DNA from: Patescibacteria group bacterium
Lineage (GTDB): Bacteria > Patescibacteriota > Microgenomatia > Levybacterales > UBA12049
Reading direction: 5' to 3'
NCBI GenBank assembly: GCA_038064195.1
Contig: JBBTTO010000003.1
Span: 114,428-178,427, forward strand
Length of the DNA: 64,000 bases
Part shown: positions 31,153-41,861 of the stretch, piece by piece
Layout of the letters: the number at the start of each line of letters is the position of its first letter
Numbering within the stretch: the first letter of the stretch is position 1
Notes under the pieces: generated by a model
The model's database searches: none
Told to the model about the DNA's origin: nothing
Seen by the model: only the letters and a program-made list of their open reading frames with translations
Position numbers and translations under genes: made by a program

Positions 31153-31335
31153 ATGGTATTTGTTAAGAAACAACCGGGTGACACAGATGATGCGATTATT
31201 CGCAAGTTCTCGCGTAAAGTAATTGATGCGGGGATTGTGAATGAGGCCAAGCGTCGACAATTTTATCTCAAACCTTCTCTTGCCAAAAAATTAAAGGCTG
31301 AAGAGTCTCGCCGCGCGAGGAAGAAGATCATTTAA
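31153..31335 (+). CDS. rpsU: 30S ribosomal protein S21
   Basis: IRKFSRKV..GIVNEAKRRQFYLKPS. Confidence 0.9.
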   Translation: MVFVKKQPGDTDDAIIRKFSRKVIDAGIVNEAKRRQFYLKPSLAKKLKAEESRRARKKII

Positions 31336-31418
31336 TTGCATAGCGCTTAGCGCAAAAGGGCCAAGCGTTCCATTTTAACTTTACGCTACGCGCTTACCGC
31401 TATCCGCTTGCCCGAATT

Positions 31419-31802
31419 ATGGCTGACGTTAAAATTTTCACCTTTGTTGAAAGCCGCTATCAGGTCAATCGAAAAAAAATCAGGGATGTTATTCATGAAG
31501 TGCTCGACACCAAAGGCATAACGAGTAAATGTGAAGTATCGCTGGCTTTTGTCGGGGATCGTAAGATGCATGGTCTGAATTTGAAATTTCGTAATTTGGA
31601 TAAAACGACTAACATTTTGTCCTTCCCTTTGAGCGAAGGCCAACAAACCCCTCTTCCCGCATCGGTCATGCGTCTTGGAGATATCGTCATATCCTATCCG
31701 CAAATCATAAAAGAGGCAGCTCGGGATGAGATGATGGTTGATGATAAGATCAATCAACTCGTCGAGCATGGACTGCTGCACTTACTTGGAGAACACCACT
31801 AA
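31419..31802 (+). CDS. ybeY: rRNA maturation RNase YbeY
   Basis: TNILSFP, LGDIVIS, HGLLHLLGEHH. Confidence 0.92.
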   Translation: MADVKIFTFVESRYQVNRKKIRDVIHEVLDTKGITSKCEVSLAFVGDRKMHGLNLKFRNLDKTTNILSFPLSEGQQTPLPASVMRLGDIVISYPQIIKEAARDEMMVDDKINQLVEHGLLHLLGEHH

Positions 31803-31876
31803 TACGGTATCTCGCCTAGCGCATAGGGCAAAGCGAAATAACGCTTGGCGCTTACCGCTTTGCGCTAAGCAACTAT

Positions 31877-33421
31877 ATGGTTTATTACAGAACGTATCGA
31901 CCGCAAAAAATAAGTGATTTGGATAGTGAAGCTGTCCGTCGCAAACTTTTTTCTGTTCTTCAGGTAGCAGCGCCTACCTTTTTACAAATCCCGCATGCTT
32001 TTCTTTTTACCGGACCTAAAGGTCTGGGCAAGACCTCAACAGCTCGTATTGTGGCGAAAGTAATAAATTGCACGGGTAGAACGCATAGCGCTAAGCGCTT
32101 AGCGCAAAGCGATTCCATTGAGCCATGCAACGAATGTCAGCAATGTGTATCGATTACGAATGGCACAAATTTGGATGTCTTTGAGATTGATGCCGCGTCA
32201 AATCGGGGAATTGATGAGATACGTGATTTAAAAGAAAAAATTCGTCTGAGTCCGGTATCTGCCCAAAAAAAAGTCTATATCATTGATGAAGTGCATATGC
32301 TGACAACTGAAGCATTTAACGCGCTTCTGAAAACGCTTGAGGAGCCGCCAAGCCATGCTGTTTTTATCCTGTGCACGACTGAAGCGCATAAAGTCCCCGC
32401 GACAATTCTCTCGCGCTGTCTTCATATCGGATTTAAAAGGGCGACAGATGATGAGTTGGTGAGGGCATTACAGCGAATTGTTAAAGGGGAAGGATTAAAG
32501 ATAGATGAGCAGACGCTTCATGAAATTGCTAAGCTGGCAGACGGAGGTTTTAGAGACGGGACAAAAATTCTTGAAGAACTGGTGGCACTCTCAGATGGAA
32601 AAGATATCAATGCAGCGCTTTTGGAAAAGGGTTACCAGGTCACGTCAATGAACCAAAGTATCCGGGAGCTGATTGATGCGTGTGCAGAAAAAAATCTGCA
32701 GGCAAGCATTGCCGTTGTCAGTAAAGCGACGGACGCGGGAACTGACATGAGCTATCTCCTTTCGGAGTTGATTGAAGCGTTGCATACTCTTTTGCTCTCG
32801 CGGGTAGGTGTGGGAGAAGCGTTGTTTGTTGCGGAACTGGAGATTGAGGACCTGAGGGAGTTACTGGCTCTTTTAACAAAGGCTGCCGGTGAAATGAAAT
32901 ATACGGTCGTGCCGTCATTACCGCTTGAGTTGGCTCTGGTGAGCTGGTGCAGCGGGGCACAAGAATTAAGAATTAAGAATGAAGAATTAAGAATAGAAAA
33001 AAAAGAAACCGTGGGAAAAGAGGGGGTGACGGTGGCTTCGATGAGAAGAGAGGCAGGTAATATAGCAAAGCTTAAAGCTGTTAATGGTGAGGAACAGGAT
33101 GTAAAAGAAAAAGCAGTCAAAGGTGATCCGTCTGAGGTAAGCATACTCAACTATGCAGCAAGGGGGGATCATTCACAGGAATGGATTGATGCATTGTGGA
33201 AAAATATTATTATTGAGATAAAAAGCCACAATCATATGATAGCGGGAGTATTACGTTCGTGCCGAATTGTAAGCTACGATCGTAAAGTCCTGACTATTGA
33301 GGCGGCAGCCTCCTTTCACAAAGAGAAATTGGTCGAGCCCAAGACCTTTGCCGCGCTACTGGCAGTATGCGAGAAGTTAATTGGTAATCCGATTGAGGTT
33401 TCAATTACATTGAAACAGTAG
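31877..33421 (+). CDS. dnaX: DNA polymerase III subunit gamma/tau
   Basis: YRPQ, GPKGLGKTS, EIDAASNRG, IIDEVHML, TILSRC. Confidence 0.96.
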   Translation: MVYYRTYRPQKISDLDSEAVRRKLFSVLQVAAPTFLQIPHAFLFTGPKGLGKTSTARIVAKVINCTGRTHSAKRLAQSDSIEPCNECQQCVSITNGTNLDVFEIDAASNRGIDEIRDLKEKIRLSPVSAQKKVYIIDEVHMLTTEAFNALLKTLEEPPSHAVFILCTTEAHKVPATILSRCLHIGFKRATDDELVRALQRIVKGEGLKIDEQTLHEIAKLADGGFRDGTKILEELVALSDGKDINAALLEKGYQVTSMNQSIRELIDACAEKNLQASIAVVSKATDAGTDMSYLLSELIEALHTLLLSRVGVGEALFVAELEIEDLRELLALLTKAAGEMKYTVVPSLPLELALVSWCSGAQELRIKNEELRIEKKETVGKEGVTVASMRREAGNIAKLKAVNGEEQDVKEKAVKGDPSEVSILNYAARGDHSQEWIDALWKNIIIEIKSHNHMIAGVLRSCRIVSYDRKVLTIEAAASFHKEKLVEPKTFAALLAVCEKLIGNPIEVSITLKQ

Positions 33422-33521
33422 TATAAAGTATTAGGTATAAGGTATTATGTATTAGCAAATTATTTATACTGTATACTTAATACAAAATACATGATACATA
33501 TTTAGGGGGGGTGATTGAATT

Positions 33522-33806
33522 ATGCAAAATCCATTTGGACAACTTGGTGAATTAAAAAAGATGCGTGATCAGGCGATGCAGATTCAGCGTCAATTGGCGG
33601 CCGAGGAAATTACGGTTGAGAAGAAAGGCATCACCATTATCATCACCGGTGATCAAAAAATCAAAGAAATTCAGACCAACGGAAAGTCTGACCACGATAT
33701 CGCTGAAGCAGTCAACGAAGCAGTCAAAAAATCACAGGAAATCGCTGCTAAAAAGCTGCAACAAATGTCAGGGGGACTCGGCGGCTTGCTCGGGGGAATG
33801 AAATAA
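33522..33806 (+). CDS. ybaB: YbaB/EbfC nucleoid-associated protein
   Basis: lies between dnaX and recR; ITGDQKI, AVNEAVKK. Confidence 0.88.
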   Translation: MQNPFGQLGELKKMRDQAMQIQRQLAAEEITVEKKGITIIITGDQKIKEIQTNGKSDHDIAEAVNEAVKKSQEIAAKKLQQMSGGLGGLLGGMK

Positions 33807-33824
33807 AAAGATCGGGGCTAACTT

Positions 33825-34388
33825 ATGTTCAGTCCAGGCGCATTTATTAGTGAGTTTACCTCCAAGAAAGGCAGACAAATTGTCTTTCGTCTCCTCAGTG
33901 AAAATGATGTTCCTCAATTAACTGATTATATTAATTCCCTCAGTAAAGAAGATACCTTTATTTCTTTTAGTGATGAAAAATTTGATTTAGAGCGTGAGAA
34001 GAAAATAGTTAGTGAGTGGCTTGAGTTGATGAGAAAAGGCGATATGGTTACAATTCTCTCCTTCCATGATCAAAATCTTGTTTCCAATGCATCTATTACT
34101 CGCGAGACGAGGCGAGCAAAACATGTAGGTGCTGTAGCCCTCAGTGTTAAATCAGGCTTCCGCGAAGAAGGGATAGGCTCTAAGATACTTGAACTGCTTG
34201 AGGATGCAGGAAGGCAAATGAATCTTCGCATGCTCGAACTGACAGTTTTTGCTAATAACGATCGGGCACGCCATGTCTATCATAAACACGGCTATAAAGA
34301 AGTCGGGGCAATACCTGAAAAGATATTATATAAAGGTAGGTATATAGACGAGGTCATCATGTTCAAGCGTTTGGTCTCAGCCTCTTGA
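33825..34388 (+). CDS. GNAT N-acetyltransferase
   Basis: FREEGIGS, VFANNDRA..Y.K.GY. Confidence 0.9.
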   Translation: MFSPGAFISEFTSKKGRQIVFRLLSENDVPQLTDYINSLSKEDTFISFSDEKFDLEREKKIVSEWLELMRKGDMVTILSFHDQNLVSNASITRETRRAKHVGAVALSVKSGFREEGIGSKILELLEDAGRQMNLRMLELTVFANNDRARHVYHKHGYKEVGAIPEKILYKGRYIDEVIMFKRLVSAS

Positions 34389-34420
34389 TTATTTTTCTAT
34401 CTCCCGATACACTCAAGACA

Positions 34421-35317
34421 ATGAAACTCTTCAGCGGTTCTTCAAATAGGCCTTTAGCGGAAAAGATCGCGATAGAATTAAAAACTAAGGTCTCACCCAG
34501 TGAAATCTTTGTTTTTCCTGACGGCGAACGGCGAATTCAAATTCAGGATACTGTTGTTGATGAGGATGTCGTGATCATCCAGCCGACGACACCTCCGGCG
34601 GAAATTCATTATTTTGAACTTTTTTTTCTGGCAGACGCGGCGAAAAGAAGTGGCGCGAAAAGTGTTACCGCTGTCGTACCGTATTTAGGCTACCAGCGTC
34701 AGGATCATGTTTTCCGCGATGGTGAGGCAGTATCACTTGAAGTAATCGTCAATACCATGCAGTCAGTGAGCATTGATAAAGTTATTTCCTTTGATCTTCA
34801 TACGATTAAAATCCCTGAGGTCTTTTCTATCCCCATGCTTCATTTATCCGCCCTTCCCCTTTTTGCTCGCGAAATACAAAAGCAGGGCTGGGGGGGACTG
34901 GATACTGTCCTTGTCTCGCCTGACATGGGTGGTATAAGACGGATCAAGATCATATCTGAGATGCTAAAAGATATGCCGTATGTCACTATAGAAAAAAATC
35001 GTGATTTAGCAACCGGTCATGTTGAAATGGAGGAGATTCGTGGTGAGATCACACACAGAGTAGTTATTGTGGATGATATGATCTCCAGTGGCGGGACGAT
35101 TGTCAAAGCCGCTCAAGCCTTGAGAGCTAAAGGAGCCAAGGAAGTCTATGTTTTTGTCACTCATCCTGTTTTCTCCTCAGATGCCCCAAAAATTTTACAG
35201 GATTCGGCAGTGGATAAAGTTTATGTCACTGACTCGGTATTCGTCCCCAAAGAAAGACAATTCCCGAAACTCCGGATTCTTTCACTAGCCCCGGTAATTG
35301 CCGGGGCTCTGGGTTAA
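34421..35317 (+). CDS. prs: ribose-phosphate pyrophosphokinase
   Basis: FPDGE, PYLGYQRQD, VSPDMGG, VDDMISSGGT. Confidence 0.96.
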   Translation: MKLFSGSSNRPLAEKIAIELKTKVSPSEIFVFPDGERRIQIQDTVVDEDVVIIQPTTPPAEIHYFELFFLADAAKRSGAKSVTAVVPYLGYQRQDHVFRDGEAVSLEVIVNTMQSVSIDKVISFDLHTIKIPEVFSIPMLHLSALPLFAREIQKQGWGGLDTVLVSPDMGGIRRIKIISEMLKDMPYVTIEKNRDLATGHVEMEEIRGEITHRVVIVDDMISSGGTIVKAAQALRAKGAKEVYVFVTHPVFSSDAPKILQDSAVDKVYVTDSVFVPKERQFPKLRILSLAPVIAGALG

Positions 35318-35363
35318 TCTCGCCTTGAGAAATTGAGGCTAGTGTGTTAGTCTAGATAAGTCA

Positions 35364-35482
35364 ATACTCCGCTTATTCGTTCAGGGGATTAATACCCCAA
35401 GGGTACTAGCTACTTGCCGAAGGCACTAGGGTCTTTGCCAGTCGCGTAGCGGCGCCCGCAGTTTGAGCGAGGGGCGGGGAGA
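35364..35482 (+). ncRNA. candidate compact 6S-like RNA
   Basis: promoter TTGAGA-N17-TAGTCT; closing stem, central bubble and GGGTAC../..GGCGCCC inner stem. Confidence 0.4.
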
Positions 35483-35496
35483 AACCCCTTCATAAT

Positions 35497-36111
35497 ATGA
35501 GAATTCCCAAGGCTATTCAGTCAACCATTGAATCATTTGAAAAATTACCAGGCATCGGGCCCAAAACTGCTCAACGCCTGACATTTTATCTTCTCCACGT
35601 TCCTCAACACGAACTTGATCGGTTTGCGGAGGCTGTCAAAAACCTTAAAGTCGGTACGGTCCTCTGCTCAGTTTGCTTTAGCGTAGGTGAGGAAGATCCG
35701 TGCAGTTACTGCGCGAGCAGTTCACGGGATCACGGTACTGTCTGTGTCGTCGAGCAGGCACTCGATGTCCTGGCTCTTGAGAAAAGCGGACGGTATAACG
35801 GTGTGTATCATGTCCTGCATGGCAAAATCGACCCGCTTAATAGTATCGGACCGGATGAGATCTATATTCGTCAGTTATTTGAGAGGATAAAAAACAGCCA
35901 AAACGGTCATAGTATCAAAGAGCTTATCCTGGCGACCAATCCGACTATGGAGGGCGAGGCGACAGCCATGTATATAGCTCAGGAACTCAAAAATCAAAAT
36001 TCAAAAGTCAAAATTACGAGGATAGGACGGGGACTCCCAATCGGTGCTGATCTGGAATACGCTGACAGTGTGACACTGGAACGCGCCATGGAGAGCAGGA
36101 GCCAGTATTAA
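35497..36111 (+). CDS. recR: recombination protein RecR
   Basis: LPGIGPKTAQR, C4 zinc finger, YHVLHG, ATNPTMEGEAT. Confidence 0.97.
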   Translation: MRIPKAIQSTIESFEKLPGIGPKTAQRLTFYLLHVPQHELDRFAEAVKNLKVGTVLCSVCFSVGEEDPCSYCASSSRDHGTVCVVEQALDVLALEKSGRYNGVYHVLHGKIDPLNSIGPDEIYIRQLFERIKNSQNGHSIKELILATNPTMEGEATAMYIAQELKNQNSKVKITRIGRGLPIGADLEYADSVTLERAMESRSQY

Positions 36112-36272
36112 AATCGTCCCGATGATATTTTTCATACGGGATCCTGATAAGATTTCCGACGAACAAAAAGAAGAAATGGGCATAATCAGGTAGCTTGTAT
36201 TAAGTAGTATGTATCATGTATGAAGGTACTGAATATACAAAATACGTAATACCAAATACATAATACAAATTT

Positions 36273-36824
36273 ATGGCAAATAATCCGTTTGGTTCATTTG
36301 AAGATGCCTTTGAACAAGGTGTCTCAACAGTTAAGCAACAGGTCAAACAACAAGCCTCAACGACAGTACAGTCGGCTACTTCTCAGGTTACCGGGTCAAC
36401 TCCAACTCCCACCCCCATCCTGCATGGAGGACAAGCGGATAGTAAGGCACTTACCGATCAGTTCAACGAAGCAGGAGCGAGTAATCAGCAATCAGCAAAC
36501 AGTGATCAGCAAAATGACCCTGTCGCTCAGGCAGCTCAGCTCCAACAGCTGGATGCTAAAAGTCAGGAAGAACAACAAAAGAAGTTAGTCGAAGCACGCA
36601 AGCAACTCAAGCAGCATCGGGAACAGCACACAACAACGTATTTTGATCCAACATTTAATAAGCATCATCCCGAGCCGACTGTCCAAGAACGTCTGGAACA
36701 GCAAGAGCAAGAAAAAGAACAAAAGAAAATGGCAGACCTTGAGGAGCAGAAGAAAAAGGCACCACCGATTGCTCTTAAGCAGGCCCAAACTCGAGCGGAA
36801 ATTAACCGCGGCGCCTCTGGGTAA
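36273..36824 (+). CDS. Gln-rich coiled-coil hypothetical protein
   Basis: long ORF with biased composition. Confidence 0.7.
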   Translation: MANNPFGSFEDAFEQGVSTVKQQVKQQASTTVQSATSQVTGSTPTPTPILHGGQADSKALTDQFNEAGASNQQSANSDQQNDPVAQAAQLQQLDAKSQEEQQKKLVEARKQLKQHREQHTTTYFDPTFNKHHPEPTVQERLEQQEQEKEQKKMADLEEQKKKAPPIALKQAQTRAEINRGASG

Positions 36825-36850
36825 CATAAATTAGTAGTTATTTCTCTGTA

Positions 36851-36982
36851 TTGACAATTTTTTTATACGAGACGTACAATGCTAAGTGAGGCACAGGCAG
36901 GAAGATACATGGAAGAAGAAGACAATTACCTAGGTAATGTCTTTTCCTTTTAAGTAATTTTATCTTCCTCTTTTGTTTTTTT
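36851..36982 (+). promoter_or_regulatory. promoter plus attenuator-like leader of the metal transport operon
   Basis: TTGACA-N18-TACAAT; ggaagata/tatcttcc stem followed by a T tract. Confidence 0.5.
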
Positions 36983-37002
36983 ATATTAAGGAGTAACTAT
37001 TT

Positions 37003-38226
37003 ATGTTGTATTTCTCTCGTTTAAAAGGAATGCCCGTCCATACCGAAGGGGGAATCATGGTGGGAAAGCTGGAAGATCTTTTTTTTCTTGCCTCTGAAAC
37101 CCCGCTTATCACCAAGCTTGTCATCAAAACCAGGAATAAGCACGAGATTATTGCCTCAGTGGACGAGCTGAAAAAAATGAATGGTGCTATCACCATCAAA
37201 GATAATTTCAAACAGACCAGTCTATCTGATGAAGATCTGTCTCTTTTACGAAATCTGTTGGATAAGCAGATTATTGATGTTGAGGGGCATAAAGTCGTCA
37301 GGGTTAATGATGTCACCATCCAGGAAAAAGAGAATAATAATCCCTCATATTACATTTCAGGGGTTGACATTGGTTTTCGGGGGATTCTGCGTTGGCTTAA
37401 ATTAGAAGACGCGGCTCTACCTCTTTACCGTCTCACCAAATGGGATTCTCATCCGCATTTTCTTTCCTGGACGGCTGTGCAGCCTTTAGAGCTTGCACGT
37501 GGTAATGTCCAATTGAAAAAAGGACTGGAGAATCTGGAGAAGATCAGGCCTGAAGATCTGGCTGACTATCTGGAGAAGACGACTATCCGCAATGTCAATA
37601 AAATTGTCAGCAGTCTGGATGAAGACTATGCTGCCGAGGTTATCAGTGACTTGAACACGAGTTATCAGACAGCTCTGTTTCGCAGGTTCTCACCGGAAAA
37701 ATCTGCCGAGCTGATCACCCTTATCGATCCTGACGAAGCTGTTGATATTTTACTTACTCTGCCTGAGGAGCGTAGGACCGATATCCTTGAGTCACTGCCC
37801 AGGGAGAAAAGTCAGGAACTCCACGCTCTCCTCAAGCTTTCAAAGACCCCGATAGGCGAACTCATTACCACCGATTACTTTACTATCCCAGCCACAGACA
37901 CGATCGGCAAAGCAATTTCCACTCTCAGAGAGCACACTGAACAGGCATCCTTTCTGCCGTATCTGTATGTCATTAATGAAGAGAAGGAACTCGTCGGAGT
38001 TCTCTCTGTTCAAAGTCTCCTGGCTCATGATAATGATGAGCGAGTCAGGGACGTCATGGAGCAGAATCTGATCGTGATTCACGTCACAACTCCCCGTGAT
38101 ATCGCTGTTAAAAAAATGCTGCGCTATAAAGTCTATGCACTACCGGTACTCGATAACGCACAACATCTAGAGGGTGTAGTCCGTTTTGATGATCTGGCCG
38201 AGACAGTACTTGAACGCTATGCTTAA
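37003..38226 (+). CDS. MgtE intracellular-domain protein (PRC barrel, MgtE-N, CBS)
   Basis: LLDKQIIDVEGHKVVRVND, PEDLADYLE, DPDEAVDIL, CBS pair. Confidence 0.88.
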   Translation: MLYFSRLKGMPVHTEGGIMVGKLEDLFFLASETPLITKLVIKTRNKHEIIASVDELKKMNGAITIKDNFKQTSLSDEDLSLLRNLLDKQIIDVEGHKVVRVNDVTIQEKENNNPSYYISGVDIGFRGILRWLKLEDAALPLYRLTKWDSHPHFLSWTAVQPLELARGNVQLKKGLENLEKIRPEDLADYLEKTTIRNVNKIVSSLDEDYAAEVISDLNTSYQTALFRRFSPEKSAELITLIDPDEAVDILLTLPEERRTDILESLPREKSQELHALLKLSKTPIGELITTDYFTIPATDTIGKAISTLREHTEQASFLPYLYVINEEKELVGVLSVQSLLAHDNDERVRDVMEQNLIVIHVTTPRDIAVKKMLRYKVYALPVLDNAQHLEGVVRFDDLAETVLERYA

Positions 38227-39457
38227 CTTTCGTCGTATGCGCAAACAATTATTGCTGCTTCTGGCAGTGGTCGGTCCCGGCATCATTACGGCTTTTGCTG
38301 ACAACGATGCGGGTGGAGTGGCTACTTATTCCGTAGCCGCAGCCAAGTTTGGCTACGGGATGTTGACGACGATTATCCCGATCACCATCGTCCTGATGAT
38401 CACACAGGAAATCGGCTCAAGGCTTGCTGTCGTGACAGGGAAAGGTTTAGGAGACCTCATCCGCGAACGCTTTGGCATCAGGATCTCCCTGCTTATTTTC
38501 GGACTTCTTTTTTTCGTTAATTTGGGAGTCATTATCCAGGATCTGGGGGGACTTAAAGACGGGCTGAAGCTTTTTCATCTCAATATTTATCTTTTTTTGC
38601 CGCTTATTATCCTTTTTTTGTTTTTCTTTATCGCTAAATCCTCATATGCAAAAATTGAGAAATTTTTCTTATTTTTGATTTTTTTCTATTTGGCATACCT
38701 TGTCTCGGCAATGCTTGCCAAGCCTGATTGGGGCCTGGTTGCCAAATCCGTTATCATCCCGCAAAGTAAAATCAGCTTTGATTATCTTTATACATCTATT
38801 GCCGTTCTTGGGACGACTGTGACAGCCTGGGGGCAGTTTTTTATCAACAGTTATGTCAAAGACAAGAAGCTATCACCTGAGAAATTAAAGTATAACCGTC
38901 TGGAAATTTATGCCGGGGCTATTCTGACTGATTTCTTTTCGCTTTTAATGATGGTAGCGGTTATTGCCACAATTTTTGTGCATGGTATTCAGATCAATGG
39001 GGCGGCGGATGCAGCCCGTGCAATTGAGCCTTTCGCGGGTAATCTGGCCGGGATTATGTTTGGGGCCGGATTGCTCGTAGCCGGCTTTATCGGAGCCGCG
39101 ATCGTCCCCCTGGCCACAGCGTATGCTTTCTCCGAGTTCTTCGGCTATGAGGGGAGTCTGGATGTCAGCTTTAATAAAAGTCAGCTTTTCTATGGCTTTT
39201 TTATGCTGCAAATTCTGCTTGGTTTTGCGGTCATTATGATCCCGGGTGTTTCACTTTTTAAGATCACACTCTACGCTGATTATCTCAACGGAATCTTCCT
39301 GCCGATTATTTTCTTCTTCCTTTACCGTTTTGCCAATAACGAAGAGTTGATGGGTGAATATAAAAATACCAGATTCCAAAATATTTTACTCGTGGGATCG
39401 GGTGTGGTCATCACTTTCGCAGCCCTCATCGGTGCGTTCGGTAAATTTTTCCTCTAG
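38219..39457 (+). CDS. NRAMP-family divalent metal transporter
   Basis: GPGIITAFADNDAGGVATYS, LGTTV; about 11 TMs. Confidence 0.9.
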   Translation: MLNFRRMRKQLLLLLAVVGPGIITAFADNDAGGVATYSVAAAKFGYGMLTTIIPITIVLMITQEIGSRLAVVTGKGLGDLIRERFGIRISLLIFGLLFFVNLGVIIQDLGGLKDGLKLFHLNIYLFLPLIILFLFFFIAKSSYAKIEKFFLFLIFFYLAYLVSAMLAKPDWGLVAKSVIIPQSKISFDYLYTSIAVLGTTVTAWGQFFINSYVKDKKLSPEKLKYNRLEIYAGAILTDFFSLLMMVAVIATIFVHGIQINGAADAARAIEPFAGNLAGIMFGAGLLVAGFIGAAIVPLATAYAFSEFFGYEGSLDVSFNKSQLFYGFFMLQILLGFAVIMIPGVSLFKITLYADYLNGIFLPIIFFFLYRFANNEELMGEYKNTRFQNILLVGSGVVITFAALIGAFGKFFL

Positions 39458-39626
39458 TAGGTCTATATATTATAGAGCACCTGCTTCATCGTAGCTTCTG
39501 ATGTGTTAGAATAGGGACATAATTTTTAATTTGAAATTTTCAATTCTCATTTAATATTAAATGTTTTAATATTTAAAGTTTAAAAATTTACTTCAAATTA
39601 AAAATTGTAAATTGAAAATTTGACAT

Positions 39627-41105
39627 ATGTTGCGTCTCTACAACTCTTTATCTCGACAAATAGAAGAATTTCAGCCGATTCAGCCTCCACATGTCGGTAT
39701 GTATACCTGCGGTCCGACAGTCTATCAATACGCTCATATCGGTAATTTCCGAGCCTATATGACAGCCGATATTCTCGTGCGCGTACTTAAACATAATAAC
39801 TATGACCTGAAATTTGTCATGAACATTACTGACGTCGGGCATCTGGTCAGTGATGCAGATAGTGGAGAGGATAAGCTTGAAAAATCAGCCAAAAAAGAAG
39901 GCAAGACTGCTTGGGATATCGCTGAGCTCTACACAGATGCATTTCTCAAAGACTATGATGCTTTAGGCCTTACTCGACCTGATGTTTTAGCGAAGGCAAC
40001 GGACCACGTTCAGGAGCAAATAGATTTGATTAAAAGACTTGAGGCAAAAGGCTTTACTTATATCATCAGTGACGGAGTCTACTTTGACACCTCAAAATTA
40101 GCAGACTACGGCAAGCTCTCAACCCTTGACCAAATTAAAGAAGGAGCACGGGTAGAGATCAATGAAGAGAAAAGAAATCCACGTGACTTTGCTCTGTGGA
40201 AATTCAGTGAACCAAAAGGTACAGGACCCTTCGACTCTGCTCAGGCCGTTCGAGGCTCTGAGGAGCCCCCAGGCTCTCGAAGAGGTGACGCTGTTTCACG
40301 TCGTCATATGGAATGGGAGAGTCCATGGGGAGTAGGCTTCCCGGGGTGGCATATTGAGTGTAGTGCAATGAGTATGAAATATCTGGGTGAGACTTTCGAC
40401 ATTCATACGGGAGGGGTGGATCATATCTCAATCCATCATACTAATGAGATTGCCCAGTCTGAAGCAGCGACGGGCAAAAAATTTGTCGACTACTGGGTTC
40501 ATACAGCCTTTATGCTGGTACAGGGACAGAAAATGAGTAAAAGCCTGGGGAATACATACAAGCTGTCTGACTTGGTGGGTAACGGCTACCTGCCTGTCCA
40601 CTTGCGTTATCTGTATCTCCAGACCCATTATCGGCAGGAAATGAATTTTACCTGGGAGAGTTTAGAGGCAGCCAAGACAGCACTTGAGCGCCTGACCAAC
40701 AGTGTGGCGATGTGGGATAAGGGAGAGGGAGAAGTCTCAAAAAAATTTGAAGAGAAATTCCTAATGGCGCTCAATGATGATTTGAATACCCCGCGGGCTT
40801 TAGCAGTCGTGTGGGAGCTGATGAAGTCAGATATCAAGCCAGGCCAGAAGCGGGCGACTCTCCTGAAAATGGATGAGGTACTCGGCCTCGGGCTCCAGCG
40901 GGCAGGGAAGAAGCCCGACTTCGTTAAAACTACGACGGGCAAGCAGGAGGCTATCCCAGAGGTCGTACAATCGCTTCTGGATGAGCGTACGAGAGTGCGG
41001 GCTCAACAGGACTTTCAGCGTTCTGATGAGCTCAGAGAGCAGATTCGTGGCCTTGGCTATGACGTCCAGGATAGCCCCAGCGGCCCCAGCCTCAAAAAGC
41101 TCTAA
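39627..41105 (+). CDS. cysS: cysteinyl-tRNA synthetase
   Basis: [27 protein letters not shown]. Confidence 0.98.
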   Translation: MLRLYNSLSRQIEEFQPIQPPHVGMYTCGPTVYQYAHIGNFRAYMTADILVRVLKHNNYDLKFVMNITDVGHLVSDADSGEDKLEKSAKKEGKTAWDIAELYTDAFLKDYDALGLTRPDVLAKATDHVQEQIDLIKRLEAKGFTYIISDGVYFDTSKLADYGKLSTLDQIKEGARVEINEEKRNPRDFALWKFSEPKGTGPFDSAQAVRGSEEPPGSRRGDAVSRRHMEWESPWGVGFPGWHIECSAMSMKYLGETFDIHTGGVDHISIHHTNEIAQSEAATGKKFVDYWVHTAFMLVQGQKMSKSLGNTYKLSDLVGNGYLPVHLRYLYLQTHYRQEMNFTWESLEAAKTALERLTNSVAMWDKGEGEVSKKFEEKFLMALNDDLNTPRALAVVWELMKSDIKPGQKRATLLKMDEVLGLGLQRAGKKPDFVKTTTGKQEAIPEVVQSLLDERTRVRAQQDFQRSDELREQIRGLGYDVQDSPSGPSLKKL

Positions 41106-41156
41106 GTTAGCCTTGAAATTAGTGAATTTAGCCTCAACTCAAGGCTGGGAGGAGAC

Positions 41157-41185
41157 TTGACAAAGATCCCATAGTAATATATATT
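41157..41185 (+). promoter_or_regulatory. sigma70 promoter
   Basis: TTGACA-N17-TATATT. Confidence 0.7.
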
Positions 41186-41190
41186 ATAGG

Positions 41191-41840
41191 TCTCTTATCG
41201 TAGAGTTTACGATACGCGGAGATTGACAATTGAGCCTTTACTTTTACCAGCCATACATAAGAGATCCTGTCCTCTTATACATGCCTATTTAGGCACGACT
41301 TACAGGGCTGGTTTTTTGTTGGCTACAAAGTAGCCAACACCCCTCTTATGCGCTCTTCGAGTCGTGTACGAATAGTACTGAAAAGACGAGAAGTAAGCTT
41401 TGTGGGGTTGATACCTTTATCTTAGCCACAGCTGGAGTCAGTTCGGTTTGATTATTGAAGCTAAATAGCTTCACTGCTTACGGAACTGAATCTAGCGTTG
41501 GCTAGCAATAGTTAACGTTACTAAGGTGGATAAATTTGTCTCTAGAGCGAAAGTTCTACAAGATGAGCTTTGATATCTTAGGAACCCAAGACATGTGTCC
41601 ACTCTCCGATGTAAATCGGAGGCGTAGCGGTGACTCCGCTGCAGGCTGTCTCGGCGAGTTTAGCCTTAGACGAAAGTTTGAGAACTAGGCTCAAGGAGCA
41701 GCAAGTGGAAATTTGAAGGTATTGCCTTCAAATTTCCACTTTAATTTGAGAGATATTGTTCGAGTTAATCGAGAACTTCTCGATGCGGGTTTCACCCTTA
41801 CTCGAAGAATAAAAAGCACTTTCACAAATGAAAGTGCTCT
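41191..41840 (+). ncRNA. candidate large structured ncRNA (about 550-650 nt)
   Basis: no credible ORF; more than a dozen hairpins, GNRA loops, G-U pairs favouring the + strand. Confidence 0.7.
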
Positions 41841-41861
41841 TACGTCCCGATGACATCGGGA

